64,000 nucleotides of DNA, from positions 32,550,001-32,614,000 of the forward strand of contig OZ024760.1 of the NCBI GenBank assembly GCA_964016885.1. Direction: 5' to 3'. The first letter of the stretch is position 1, and each line of letters starts with the position of its first letter. The notes beneath the pieces were generated by a model, which was not told where the DNA came from, did not search any database, and saw only the letters and a list, made by a program, of their open reading frames with translations. The DNA comes from Eledone cirrhosa (lineage: Eukaryota). The translations under genes and the position numbers were made by a program. Below are positions 38,501 to 52,009 of this stretch, piece after piece.

Positions 38501-41500
38501 CCTGTAGAGTGGTTGTGTAGGTGTCAAGACAGAAAGCACCCAGTCCACAGTGTACAGTAGTTGTGTAGGTCTCAAGACAGAAAGTGCCCAGTCCACCCTG
38601 TACAGTGGTTGTGTAGGTCTCAAGACAGAAATCACCCATTCCACCCTGTACAGTGGTTGTGTAGGTCTCAAGACAGAAAGCACACAGTCCACCCTGTACA
38701 GTGGTTGTGTAGGTCTCAAGACAGAAAGAACCCAGTCCACACTGTACAGTGGTTGTGTAGGTCTCAAGACAGAAAGCACCCAGTCCACACTGTACAGTGG
38801 TTGTGTAGGTCTCAAGACAGAATGCACCCAGACCACCCTGTACAGTGGTCGTGTAGGTCTCAAGACAGAAAGTGCCCAGTCCACCCTGTACAGTGGTTGT
38901 GTAGGTCTCAAGACAGAAAGCACCCAGTCCACCATGTACGGTGGTCGTGTAGCTCTCAAGACAGAAAGCACCCAGTCCACCCTGTAGAGTGGCTATGTAG
39001 GTCTCAAGACAGAAAGCATGCAGTCCACCATGTACATTGGTTGTATAGGTCTCAAGACAGAAATCATCCAGTCCACCCTGTACAGTGGTTGTGTAGGTCT
39101 CAAGACAGAAAGCACACAGACCACACTGTACAGTGGTTGTGTAGGTCTCAAGACAGAAAGCACCCAGTCCACCCTGTACAGTGGTTGTGCAGGTCTCAAG
39201 ACAGAAAGCACCCAGTACTCCCTGTACAGTGGTTGTGTAGGTCTCAAGACAGAAATCACCCAGTCCAACCTGTACAGTGGTTGTGCAGGTCTCAAGACAG
39301 AAATCACCCAGTCCACCCTGTACAGTGGTTGTGCAGGTCTCAAGACAGAAATCACCCAGTCCACCCTGTACAGTGGTTGTGTAGGTCTCAAGACAGAAAG
39401 CACCCAGTCCACCCTGTACAGTGGTTGTGCAGGTCTCAAGACAGAAAGCACCCAGTACTCCCTGTACAGTGGTTGTGTAGGTCTCAAGACAGAAATCACC
39501 CAGTCCAACCTGTACAGTGGTTGTGCAGGTCTCAAGACAGAAATCACCCAGTCCACCCTGTACAGTGGTTGTGCAGGTCTCAAGACAGAAATCACCCAGT
39601 CCACCCTGTACAGTGGTTGTGTAGGTCTCAAGACAGAAAGAACCCAGTCCAACCTGTACAGTGGTTGTGCAGGTCTCAAGACAGAAATCACCCAGTCCAC
39701 CCTGTACAGTGGTTGTGCAGGTCTCAAGACAGAAAGCACCCAGTCCACCCTGTACAGTGGTTGTGTAGGTCTCAAGACAGAAGCACCCAGTACACCCTGT
39801 ACAATGGTTGTGTAGGTCTCGAGACAGAAATCACCCAGTCCACCATGTACAGTGGTTGTGTAGATCTCAAGACAGAAAGCACCCAGTCCACCCTGTACAG
39901 TGGTTGTGTAGCTCTCAAGACAGAAAGCACCCAGTCCACCCTGTACAGTGGTTGTGTAGGTCTCAAGACAGAAATCACCCAGTCCACCCTGTACAGTGGT
40001 TGTGCAGGTCTCAAGACAGAAATCACCCAGTCCACCCTGTACAGTGGTTGTGTAGGTCTCAAGACAGAAAGCAACCAGCCCACCCTGTACAGTGGTTGTG
40101 TAGGTCTCAAGACAGAAAGCACCCCGTCCACCCTGTACAGTGGTTGTGTAGGTCTCAAGACAGAAATCACCCAGTCCACCCTGTACAGTGGTTGTGTAGG
40201 TCTCAAGACAGAAAGCACCAGGTCCACACTGTACAGTGGTTGTGTAGATCTCAAGACAGAAAGCACCCAGTCCACCCTGTAGTGTGGTGGTTGTGTAGGT
40301 CTCAAGACAGAAAGCACCCAGACCACCCTGTACAGTGGTCGTGTAGGTCTCAAGACAGAAAGTGCCCAGTCCACCCTGTACAGTGGTTGTGTAGGTCTCA
40401 AGACAGAAATCACCCAGTCCACCCTGTACGGTGGTTGTGTAGGTCTCAAGACAGAATGCACCCAGTCCTCCCTGTACAGTGGTTGTGTAGGTCTCATGAC
40501 AGAAAGGACCCAGTCCACACTGTACAGTGGTTGTGTAGGTCTCAAGACTGAAAGCACCCAGTCCTCCCTGTACAGTGGTTGTGTAGGTATCAAGACAGAA
40601 AGCACCCAGTCCACCCTGTACAGTGGCTATGTAGGTCTTAAGACAGAAAGCACCCAGTCCACCCTGTACAGTGGTTGTGTAGGTCTCAAGACAGAAATCA
40701 CCCATTCCACCCTGTACAGTGGTTGTGTAGGTCTCAAGACAGAAAGCACACAGTCCACCCTGTACAGTGGTTGTGTAGGTCTCAAGACAGAAAGAACCCA
40801 GTCCACACTGTACAGTGGTTGTGTAGGTCTCAAGACAGAAAGCACCCAGTCCACACTGTACAGTGGTTGTGTAGGTCTCAAGACAGAATGCACCCAGACC
40901 ACCCTGTACAGTGGTCGTGTAGGTCTCAAGACAGAAAGTGCCCAGTCCACCCTGTACAGTGGTTGTGTAGGTCTCAAGACAGAAAGCACCCAGTCCACCA
41001 TGTACGGTGGTCGTGTAGCTCTCAAGACAGAAAGCACCCAGTCCACCCTGTAGAGTGGCTATGTAGGTCTCAAGACAGAAAGCATGCAGTCCACCATGTA
41101 CATTGGTTGTATAGGTCTCAAGACAGAAATCATCCAGTCCACCCTGTACAGTGGTTGTGTAGGTCTCAAGACAGAAAGCACACAGACCACACTGTACAGT
41201 GGTTGTGTAGGTCTCAAGACAGAAAGCACCCAGTCCACCCTGTACAGTGGTTGTGCAGGTCTCAAGACAGAAAGCACCCAGTACTCCCTGTACAGTGGTT
41301 GTGTAGGTCTCAAGACAGAAATCACCCAGTCCAACCTGTACAGTGGTTGTGCAGGTCTCAAGACAGAAATCACCCAGTCCACCCTGTACAGTGGTTGTGC
41401 AGGTCTCAAGACAGAAATCACCCAGTCCACCCTGTACAGTGGTTGTGTAGGTCTCAAGACAGAAAGCACCCAGTCCACCCTGTACAGTGGTTGTGCAGGT

Positions 41501-44500
41501 CTCAAGACAGAAAGCACCCAGTACTCCCTGTACAGTGGTTGTGTAGGTCTCAAGACAGAAATCACCCAGTCCAACCTGTACAGTGGTTGTGCAGGTCTCA
41601 AGACAGAAATCACCCAGTCCACCCTGTACAGTGGTTGTGCAGGTCTCAAGACAGAAATCACCCAGTCCACCCTGTACAGTGGTTGTGTAGGTCTCAAGAC
41701 AGAAAGAACCCAGTCCAACCTGTACAGTGGTTGTGCAGGTCTCAAGACAGAAATCACCCAGTCCACCCTGTACAGTGGTTGTGCAGGTCTCAAGACAGAA
41801 AGCACCCAGTCCACCCTGTACAGTGGTTGTGTAGGTCTCAAGACAGAAGCACCCAGTACACCCTGTACAATGGTTGTGTAGGTCTCGAGACAGAAATCAC
41901 CCAGTCCACCATGTACAGTGGTTGTGTAGATCTCAAGACAGAAAGCACCCAGTCCACCCTGTACAGTGGTTGTGTAGCTCTCAAGACAGAAAGCACCCAG
42001 TCCACCCTGTACAGTGGTTGTGTAGGTCTCAAGACAGAAATCACCCAGTCCACCCTGTACAGTGGTTGTGCAGGTCTCAAGACAGAAATCACCCAGTCCA
42101 CCCTGTACAGTGGTTGTGTAGGTCTCAAGACAGAAAGCAACCAGCCCACCCTGTACAGTGGTTGTGTAGGTCTCAAGACAGAAAGCACCCCGTCCACCCT
42201 GTACAGTGGTTGTGTAGGTCTCAAGACAGAAATCACCCAGTCCACCCTGTACAGTGGTTGTGTAGGTCTCAAGACAGAAAGCACCAGGTCCACACTGTAC
42301 AGTGGTTGTGTAGATCTCAAGACAGAAAGCACCCAGTCCACCCTGTAGTGTGGTGGTTGTGTAGGTCTCAAGACAGAAAGCACCCAGACCACCCTGTACA
42401 GTGGTCGTGTAGGTCTCAAGACAGAAAGTGCCCAGTCCACCCTGTACAGTGGTTGTGTAGGTCTCAAGACAGAAATCACCCAGTCCACCCTGTACGGTGG
42501 TTGTGTAGGTCTCAAGACAGAATGCACCCAGTCCTCCCTGTACAGTGGTTGTGTAGGTCTCATGACAGAAAGGACCCAGTCCACACTGTACAGTGGTTGT
42601 GTAGGTCTCAAGACTGAAAGCACCCAGTCCTCCCTGTACAGTGGTTGTGTAGGTATCAAGACAGAAAGCACCCAGTCCACCCTGTACAGTGGCTATGTAG
42701 GTCTTAAGACAGAAAGCATGCAGTCCACCATGTACATTGGTTGTGTAGGTCTCAAGACAGAAATCATCCAGTCCACCCTGTACAGTGGTTGTGTAGGTCT
42801 CAAGACAGAAAGCACGCAGTCCACCCTGTACAGTGGCTGTGTAGGTCTCAAGACAGAAAGCACCCAGTCCACCCTGTACACTGGTTGTGTAGGTCTCAAG
42901 ACAGAAAGCACCCAGGCCACCCTGTACAGTGGTTGTTTAGGTCTCAAGTCAGAAAGCACCCAGTCCTCCATGTACAGTGGTTGTGTAGGTCTCAAGACAG
43001 AAAGCACCCAGTCCACCCTGTACAGTGGTTGTGCAGGTCTCAAGACAGAAAGCACCCAGTCCACCCTGTACAGTGGTTGTGTAGGTCCCAAGACAGAAGC
43101 ACCCGGTCCACACTGTACAGTGGTTGTGTAGGTTTAGAGACAGAAAGCATCCAGTCCTCCCTGTACAGTGGTTGTGTAGGTCTCAAGACAGAAATCACCC
43201 AGACCACCCTGTACAGTGGTTGTGTAGGTCTCAAGACAGAAAGCACCCAGTCCACCCTGTAGAGTGATTGTGTAGGTGTCAAGACAGAAAGCACCCAGTC
43301 CACAGTGTACAGTAGTTGTGTAGGTCTCAAGACAGAAAGTGCCCAGTCCACCCTGTACAGTGGTTGTGTAGGTCTCAAGACAGAAATCACCCATTCCACC
43401 CTGTACAGTGGTTGTGTAGGTCTCAAGACAGAAAGCACACAGTCCACCCTGTACAGTGGTTGTGTAGGTCTCAAGACAGAAAGAACCCAGTCCACACTGT
43501 ACAGTGGTTGTGTAGGTCTCAAGACAGAAAGCACCCAGTCCACACTGTACAGTGGTTGTGTAGGTCTCAAGACAGAATGCACCCAGACCACCCTGTACAG
43601 TGGTCGTGTAGGTCTCAAGACAGAAAGTGCCCAGTCCACCCTGTACAGTGGTTGTGTAGGTCTCAAGACAGAAAGCACCCAGTCCACCATGTACGGTGGT
43701 CGTGTAGCTCTCAAGACAGAAAGCACCCAGTCCACCCTGTAGAGTGGCTATGTAGGTCTCAAGACAGAAATCATCCAGTCCACCCTGTACAGTGGTTGTG
43801 TAGGTCTCAAGACAGAAAGCACCCAGTCCACCCTGTACAGTGGCTGTGTAGGTCTCAAGACAGAAAGCACCCAGTCCACCCTGTACACTGGTTGTGTAGG
43901 TCTCAAGACAGAAAGCACCCAGTCCACCCTGTACAGTGGTTGTTTAGGTCTCAAGACAGAAAGCACCCAGTCCTCCACGTACAGTGGTTGTGTAGGTCTC
44001 AAGACAGAAAGAACCCAGTCCACCCTGTACAGTGGTTGTGCAGGTCTCAAGACAGAAATCACCCAGTCCACCCTGTACAGTGGTTGTGTAGGTCTCATGA
44101 CAGAAAGCACACAGTCCACACTGTACAGTGGTTGTGTAGATCTCAAGACAGAAAGCACCCAGTCCACCCTGTACAGTGGTTGTGCAGGTCTCAAGACAGA
44201 AAGCACCCAGTACTCCCTGTACAGTGGTTGTGTAGGTCTCGAGACAGAAATCACCCAGTCCATCCTGTACAGTGGTTGTGTAGGTCTCAAGACAGAAAGC
44301 ACCCAGTCCTCCCTGTACAGTGGTTGTGTAGGTCTCATGACAGAAAGGACCCAGTCCACACTGTACAGTGGTTGTGTAGGTCTCAAGACAGAAAGCACCC
44401 AGTCCTCCCTGTACAGTGGTTGTGTAGGTATCAAGACAGAAAGCACCCAGTCCACCCTGTACAGTGGCTATGTAGGTCTCAAGACAGAAAGCACCCAGTC

Positions 44501-47500
44501 CACCCTGTACACTGGTTGTGTAGGTCTCAAGACAGAAAGCACCCAGTCCACCCTGTACAGTGGTTGTGTAGGTCTCAAGACAGAAAGCACCCAGTCCTCC
44601 ACGTACAGTGGTTGTGTAGGTCTCAAGACAGAAAGAACCCAGTCCACCCTGTACAGTGGTTGTGCAGGTCTCAAGACAGAAATCACCCAGTCCACCCTGT
44701 ACAGTGGTTGTGTAGGTCTCATGACAGAAAGCACACAGTCCACACTGTACAGTGGTTGTGTAGGTCTCAAGACAGAAAGCACCCAGTCCACCCTGTACAG
44801 TGGTTGTGCAGGTCTCAAGACAGAAAGCACCCAGTCCACCCTGTACAGTGGTTGTGCAGGTCTCAAGACAGAAAGCACCCAGTCCACCCTGTACAGTGGT
44901 TGTGTAGGTCCCAAGACAGAAGCACCCGGTCCACACTGTACAGTGGTTGTGTAGGTTTCAAGACAGAAAGCATCCAGTCCTCCCTGTACAGTGGTTGTGT
45001 AGGTCTCAAGACAGAAATCACCCAGACCACCCTGTACAGTGGTTGTGTAGGTCTCAAGACAGAAAGCACCCAGTCCACCCTGTAGAGTGGTTGTGTAGGT
45101 GTCAAGACAGAAAGCACCCAGTCCACAGTGTACAGTAGTTGTGTAGGTCTCAAGACAGAAAGTGCCCAGTCCACCCTGTACAGTGGTTGTGTAGGTCTCA
45201 AGACAGAAATCACCCATTCCACCCTGTACAGTGGTTGTGTAGGTCTCAAGACAGAAAGCACACAGTCCACCCTGTACAGTGGTTGTGTAGGTCTCAAGAC
45301 AGAAAGAACCCAGTCCACACTGTACAGTGGTTGTGTAGGTCTCAAGACAGAAAGCACCCAGTCCACACTGTACAGTGGTTGTGTAGGTCTCAAGACAGAA
45401 TGCACCCAGACCACCCTGTACAGTGGTCGTGTAGGTCTCAAGACAGAAAGTGCCCAGTCCACCCTGTACAGTGGTTGTGTAGGTCTCAAGACAGAAAGCA
45501 CCCAGTCCACCATGTACGGTGGTCGTGTAGCTCTCAAGACAGAAAGCACCCAGTCCACCCTGTAGAGTGGCTATGTAGGTCTCAAGACAGAAATCATCCA
45601 GTCCACCCTGTACAGTGGTTGTGTAGGTCTCAAGACAGAAAGCACCCAGTCCACCCTGTACAGTGGCTGTGTAGGTCTCAAGACAGAAAGCACCCAGTCC
45701 ACCCTGTACACTGGTTGTGTAGGTCTCAAGACAGAAAGCACCCAGTCCACCCTGTACAGTGGTTGTTTAGGTCTCAAGACAGAAAGCACCCAGTCCTCCA
45801 CGTACAGTGGTTGTGTAGGTCTCAAGACAGAAAGAACCCAGTCCACCCTGTACAGTGGTTGTGTAGGTCTCAAGACAGAAATCACCCAGACCACCCTGTA
45901 CAGTGGTTGTGTAGGTCTCAAGACAGAAAGCACCCAGTCCACCCTGTAGAGTGGTTGTGTAGGTGTCAAGACAGAAAGCACCCAGTCCACAGTGTACAGT
46001 AGTTGTGTAGGTCTCAAGACAGAAAGTGCCCAGTCCACCCTGTACAGTGGTTGTGTAGGTCTCAAGACAGAAATCACCCATTCCACCCTGTACAGTGGTT
46101 GTGTAGGTCTCAAGACAGAAAGCACACAGTCCACCCTGTACAGTGGTTGTGCAGGTCTCAATCAGAAAGCACCCAGTCCACCCTGTACAGTGGTTGTGTA
46201 GGTCCCAAGACAGAAGCACCCGGTCCACACTGTACAGTGGTTGTGTAGGTTTCAAGACAGAAAGCATCCAGTCCTCCCTGTACAGTGGTTGTGTAGGTCT
46301 CAAGACAGAAATCACCCAGACCACCCTGTACAGTGGTTGTGTAGGTCTCAAGACAGAAAGCACCCAGTCCACCCTGTAGAGTGGTTGTGTAGGTGTCAAG
46401 ACAGAAAGCACCCAGTCCACAGTGTACAGTAGTTGTGTAGGTCTCAAGACAGAAAGTGCCCAGTCCACCCTGTACAGTGGTTGTGTAGCTCTCAAGACAG
46501 AAAGCACCCAGTCCACCCTGTAGAGTGGCTATGTAGGTCTCAAGACAGAAATCATCCAGTCCACCCTGTACAGTGGTTGTGTAGGTCTCAAGACAGAAAG
46601 CACCCAGTCCACCCTGTACAGTGGCTGTGTAGGTCTCAAGACAGAAAGCACCCAGTCCACCCTGTACACTGGTTGTGTAGGTCTCAAGACAGAAAGCACC
46701 CAGTCCACCCTGTACAGTGGTTGTGTAGGTCTCAAGACAGAAAGAACCCAGTCCACACTGTACAGTGGTTGTGTAGGTCTCAAGACAGAAAGCACCCAGT
46801 CCACACTGTACAGTGGTTGTGTAGGTCTCAAGACAGAATGCACCCAGACCACCCTGTACAGTGGTCGTGTAGGTCTCAAGACAGAAAGTGCCCAGTCCAC
46901 CCTGTACAGTGGTTGTGTAGGTCTCAAGACAGAAAGCACCCAGTCCACCATGTACGGTGGTCGTGTAGCTCTCAAGACAGAAAGCACCCAGTCCACCCTG
47001 TAGAGTGGCTATGTAGGTCTCAAGACAGAAAGCATGCAGTCCACCATGTACATTGGTTGTATAGGTCTCAAGACAGAAATCATCCAGTCCACCCTGTACA
47101 GTGGTTGTGTAGGTCTCAAGACAGAAAGCACACAGACCACACTGTACAGTGGTTGTGTAGGTCTCAAGACAGAAAGCACCCAGTCCACCCTGTACAGTGG
47201 TTGTGCAGGTCTCAAGACAGAAAGCACCCAGTACTCCCTGTACAGTGGTTGTGTAGGTCTCAAGACAGAAATCACCCAGTCCAACCTGTACAGTGGTTGT
47301 GCAGGTCTCAAGACAGAAATCACCCAGTCCACCCTGTACAGTGGTTGTGCAGGTCTCAAGACAGAAATCACCCAGTCCACCCTGTACAGTGGTTGTGTAG
47401 GTCTCAAGACAGAAAGCACCCAGTCCACCCTGTACAGTGGTTGTGCAGGTCTCAAGACAGAAAGCACCCAGTACTCCCTGTACAGTGGTTGTGTAGGTCT

Positions 47501-50500
47501 CAAGACAGAAATCACCCTGTCCAACCTGTACAGTGGTTGTGCAGGTCTCAAGACAGAAATCACCCAGTCCACCCTGTACAGTGGTTGTGCAGGTCTCAAG
47601 ACAGAAATCACCCAGTCCACCCTGTACAGTGGTTGTGTAGGTCTCAAGACAGAAAGAACCCAGTCCAACCTGTACAGTGGTTGTGCAGGTCTCAAGACAG
47701 AAATCACCCAGTCCACCCTGTACAGTGGTTGTGCAGGTCTCAAGACAGAAAGCACCCAGTCCACCCTGTACAGTGGTTGTGTAGGTCTCAAGACAGAAGC
47801 ACCCAGTACACCCTGTACAATGGTTGTGTAGGTCTCGAGACAGAAATCACCCAGTCCACCATGTACAGTGGTTGTGTAGATCTCAAGATAGAAAGCACCC
47901 AGTCCACCCTGTACAGTGGTTGTGTAGCTCTCAAGACAGAAAGCACCCAGTCCACCCTGTACAGTGGTTGTGTAGGTCTCAAGACAGAAATCACCCAGTC
48001 CACCCTGTACAGTGGTTGTGCAGGTCTCAAGACAGAAATCACCCAGTCCACCCTGTACAGTGGTTGTGTAGGTCTCAAGACAGAAAGCAACCAGCCCACC
48101 CTGTACAGTGGTTGTGTAGGTCTCAAGACAGAAAGCACCCCGTCCACCCTGTACAGTGGTTGTGTAGGTCTCAAGACAGAAATCACCCAGTCCACCCTGT
48201 ACAGTGGTTGTGTAGGTCTCAAGACAGAAAGCACCAGGTCCACACTGTACAGTGGTTGTGTAGATCTCAAGACAGAAAGCACCCAGTCCACCCTGTAGTG
48301 TGGTGGTTGTGTAGGTCTCAAGACAGAAAGCACCCAGACCACCCTGTACAGTGGTCGTGTAGGTCTCAAGACAGAAAGTGCCCAGTCCACCCTGTACAGT
48401 GGTTGTGTAGGTCTCAAGACAGAAATCACCCAGTCCACCCTGTACGGTGGTTGTGTAGGTCTCAAGACAGAATGCACCCAGTCCTCCCTGTACAGTGGTT
48501 GTGTAGGTCTCATGACAGAAAGGACCCAGTCCACACTGTACAGTGGTTGTGTAGGTCTCAAGACTGAAAGCACCCAGTCCTCCCTGTACAGTGGTTGTGT
48601 AGGTATCAAGACAGAAAGCACCCAGTCCACCCTGTACAGTGGCTATGTAGGTCTTAAGACAGAAAGCATGCAGTCCACCATGTACATTGGTTGTGTAGGT
48701 CTCAAGACAGAAATCATCCAGTCCACCCTGTACAGTGGTTGTGTAGGTCTCAAGACAGAAAGCACGCAGTCCACCCTGTACAGTGGCTGTGTAGGTCTCA
48801 AGACAGAAAGCACCCAGTCCACCCTGTACACTGGTTGTGTAGGTCTCAAGACAGAAAGCACCCAGGCCACCCTGTACAGTGGTTGTTTAGGTCTCAAGTC
48901 AGAAAGCACCCAGTCCTCCATGTACAGTGGTTGTGTAGGTCTCAAGACAGAAAGCACCCAGTCCACCCTGTACAGTGGTTGTGCAGGTCTCAAGACAGAA
49001 AGCACCCAGTCCACCCTGTACAGTGGTTGTGTAGGTCCCAAGACAGAAGCACCCGGTCCACACTGTACAGTGGTTGTGTAGGTTTAGAGACAGAAAGCAT
49101 CCAGTCCTCCCTGTACAGTGGTTGTGTAGGTCTCAAGACAGAAATCACCCAGACCACCCTGTACAGTGGTTGTGTAGGTCTCAAGACAGAAAGCACCCAG
49201 TCCACCCTGTAGAGTGATTGTGTAGGTGTCAAGACAGAAAGCACCCAGTCCACAGTGTACAGTAGTTGTGTAGGTCTCAAGACAGAAAGTGCCCAGTCCA
49301 CCCTGTACAGTGGTTGTGTAGGTCTCAAGACAGAAATCACCCATTCCACCCTGTACAGTGGTTGTGTAGGTCTCAAGACAGAAAGCACACAGTCCACCCT
49401 GTACAGTGGTTGTGTAGGTCTCAAGACAGAAAGAACCCAGTCCACACTGTACAGTGGTTGTGTAGGTCTCAAGACAGAAAGCACCCAGTCCACACTGTAC
49501 AGTGGTTGTGTAGGTCTCAAGACAGAATGCACCCAGACCACCCTGTACAGTGGTCGTGTAGGTCTCAAGACAGAAAGTGCCCAGTCCACCCTGTACAGTG
49601 GTTGTGTAGGTCTCAAGACAGAAAGCACCCAGTCCACCATGTACGGTGGTCGTGTAGCTCTCAAGACAGAAAGCACCCAGTCCACCCTGTAGAGTGGCTA
49701 TGTAGGTCTCAAGACAGAAATCATCCAGTCCACCCTGTACAGTGGTTGTGTAGGTCTCAAGACAGAAAGCACCCAGTCCACCCTGTACAGTGGCTGTGTA
49801 GGTCTCAAGACAGAAAGCACCCAGTCCACCCTGTACACTGGTTGTGTAGGTCTCAAGACAGAAAGCACCCAGTCCACCCTGTACAGTGGTTGTTTAGGTC
49901 TCAAGACAGAAAGCACCCAGTCCTCCACGTACAGTGGTTGTGTAGGTCTCAAGACAGAAAGAACCCAGTCCACCCTGTACAGTGGTTGTGCAGGTCTCAA
50001 GACAGAAATCACCCAGTCCACCCTGTACAGTGGTTGTGTAGGTCTCATGACAGAAAGCACACAGTCCACACTGTACAGTGGTTGTGTAGATCTCAAGACA
50101 GAAAGCACCCAGTCCACCCTGTACAGTGGTTGTGCAGGTCTCAAGACAGAAAGCACCCAGTCCACCCTGTACAGTGGTTGTGTAGGTCCCAAGACAGAAG
50201 CACCCGGTCCACACTGTACAGTGGTTGTGTAGGTTTCAAGACAGAAAGCATCCAGTCCTCCCTGTACAGTGGTTGTGTAGGTCTCAAGACAGAAATCACC
50301 CAGACCACCCTGTACAGTGGTTGTGTAGGTCTCAAGACAGAAAGCACCCAGTCCACCCTGTAGAGTGGTTGTGTAGGTGTCAAGACAGAAAGCACCCAGT
50401 CCACAGTGTACAGTAGTTGTGTAGGTCTCAAGACAGAAAGTGCCCAGTCCACCCTGTACAGTGGTTGTGTAGGTCTCAAGACAGAAATCACCCATTCCAC

Positions 50501-52003
50501 CCTGTACAGTGGTTGTGTAGGTCTCAAGACAGAAAGCACACAGTCCACCCTGTACAGTGGTTGTGTAGGTCTCAAGACAGAAAGAACCCAGTCCACACTG
50601 TACAGTGGTTGTGTAGGTCTCAAGACAGAAAGCACCCAGTCCACACTGTACAGTGGTTGTGTAGGTCTCAAGACAGAATGCACCCAGACCACCCTGTACA
50701 GTGGTCGTGTAGGTCTCAAGACAGAAAGTGCCCAGTCCACCCTGTACAGTGGTTGTGTAGGTCTCAAGACAGAAAGCACCCAGTCCACCATGTACGGTGG
50801 TCGTGTAGCTCTCAAGACAGAAAGCACCCAGTCCACCCTGTAGAGTGGCTATGTAGGTCTCAAGACAGAAATCATCCAGTCCACCCTGTACAGTGGTTGT
50901 GTAGGTCTCAAGACAGAAAGCACCCAGTCCACCCTGTACAGTGGCTGTGTAGGTCTCAAGACAGAAAGCACCCAGTCCACCCTGTACACTGGTTGTGTAG
51001 GTCTCAAGACAGAAAGCACCCAGTCCACCCTGTACAGTGGTTGTTTAGGTCTCAAGACAGAAAGCACCCAGTCCTCCACGTACAGTGGTTGTGTAGGTCT
51101 CAAGACAGAAAGAACCCAGTCCACCCTGTACAGTGGTTGTGTAGGTCTCAAGACAGAAATCACCCAGACCACCCTGTACAGTGGTTGTGTAGGTCTCAAG
51201 ACAGAAAGCACCCAGTCCACCCTGTAGAGTGGTTGTGTAGGTGTCAAGACAGAAAGCACCCAGTCCACAGTGTACAGTAGTTGTGTAGGTCTCAAGACAG
51301 AAAGTGCCCAGTCCACCCTGTACAGTGGTTGTGTAGGTCTCAAGACAGAAATCACCCATTCCACCCTGTACAGTGGTTGTGTAGGTCTCAAGACAGAAAG
51401 CACACAGTCCACCCTGTACAGTGGTTGTGCAGGTCTCAAGACAGAAAGCACCCAGTCCACCCTGTACAGTGGTTGTGTAGGTCCCAAGACAGAAGCACCC
51501 GGTCCACACTGTACAGTGGTTGTGTAGGTTTCAAGACAGAAAGCATCCAGTCCTCCCTGTACAGTGGTTGTGTAGGTCTCAAGACAGAAATCACCCAGAC
51601 CACCCTGTACAGTGGTTGTGTAGGTCTCAAGACAGAAAGCACCCAGTCCACCCTGTAGAGTGGTTGTGTAGGTGTCAAGACAGAAAGCACCCAGTCCACA
51701 GTGTACAGTAGTTGTGTAGGTCTCAAGACAGAAAGTGCCCAGTCCACCCTGTACAGTGGTTGTGTAGCTCTCAAGACAGAAAGCACCCAGTCCACCCTGT
51801 AGAGTGGCTATGTAGGTCTCAAGACAGAAATCATCCAGTCCACCCTGTACAGTGGTTGTGTAGGTCTCAAGACAGAAAGCACCCAGTCCACCCTGTACAG
51901 TGGCTGTGTAGGTCTCAAGACAGAAAGCACCCAGTCCACCCTGTACACTGGTTGTGTAGGTCTCAAGACAGAAAGCACCCAGTCCACCCTGTACAGTGGT
52001 TGT
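32580..52003. repeat. Higher-order repeat zone: five copies of a block based on a 2689-bp (56-monomer) unit, with rearranged spacing
   Basis: The 51-bp marker monomer (TGTAGTGTGGTGGTTG) has its TAG ending at 33897, 36586, 40282, 42348 and 48298. Spacings are 2689, 3696, 2066 and 5950 bp. Confidence 0.9.
40751..52003. repeat. Tandem duplication of ~5.95 kb (40751-46724 vs 46701-52003), second copy 14 monomers shorter
   Basis: The offset is 5950 for ORFs 41059/47009 and 43040/48990, then 5278 for 44863/50141 and 45571/50849. The difference is 672 = 14x48. Confidence 0.87.
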
Positions 52004-52009
52004 TTAGGT

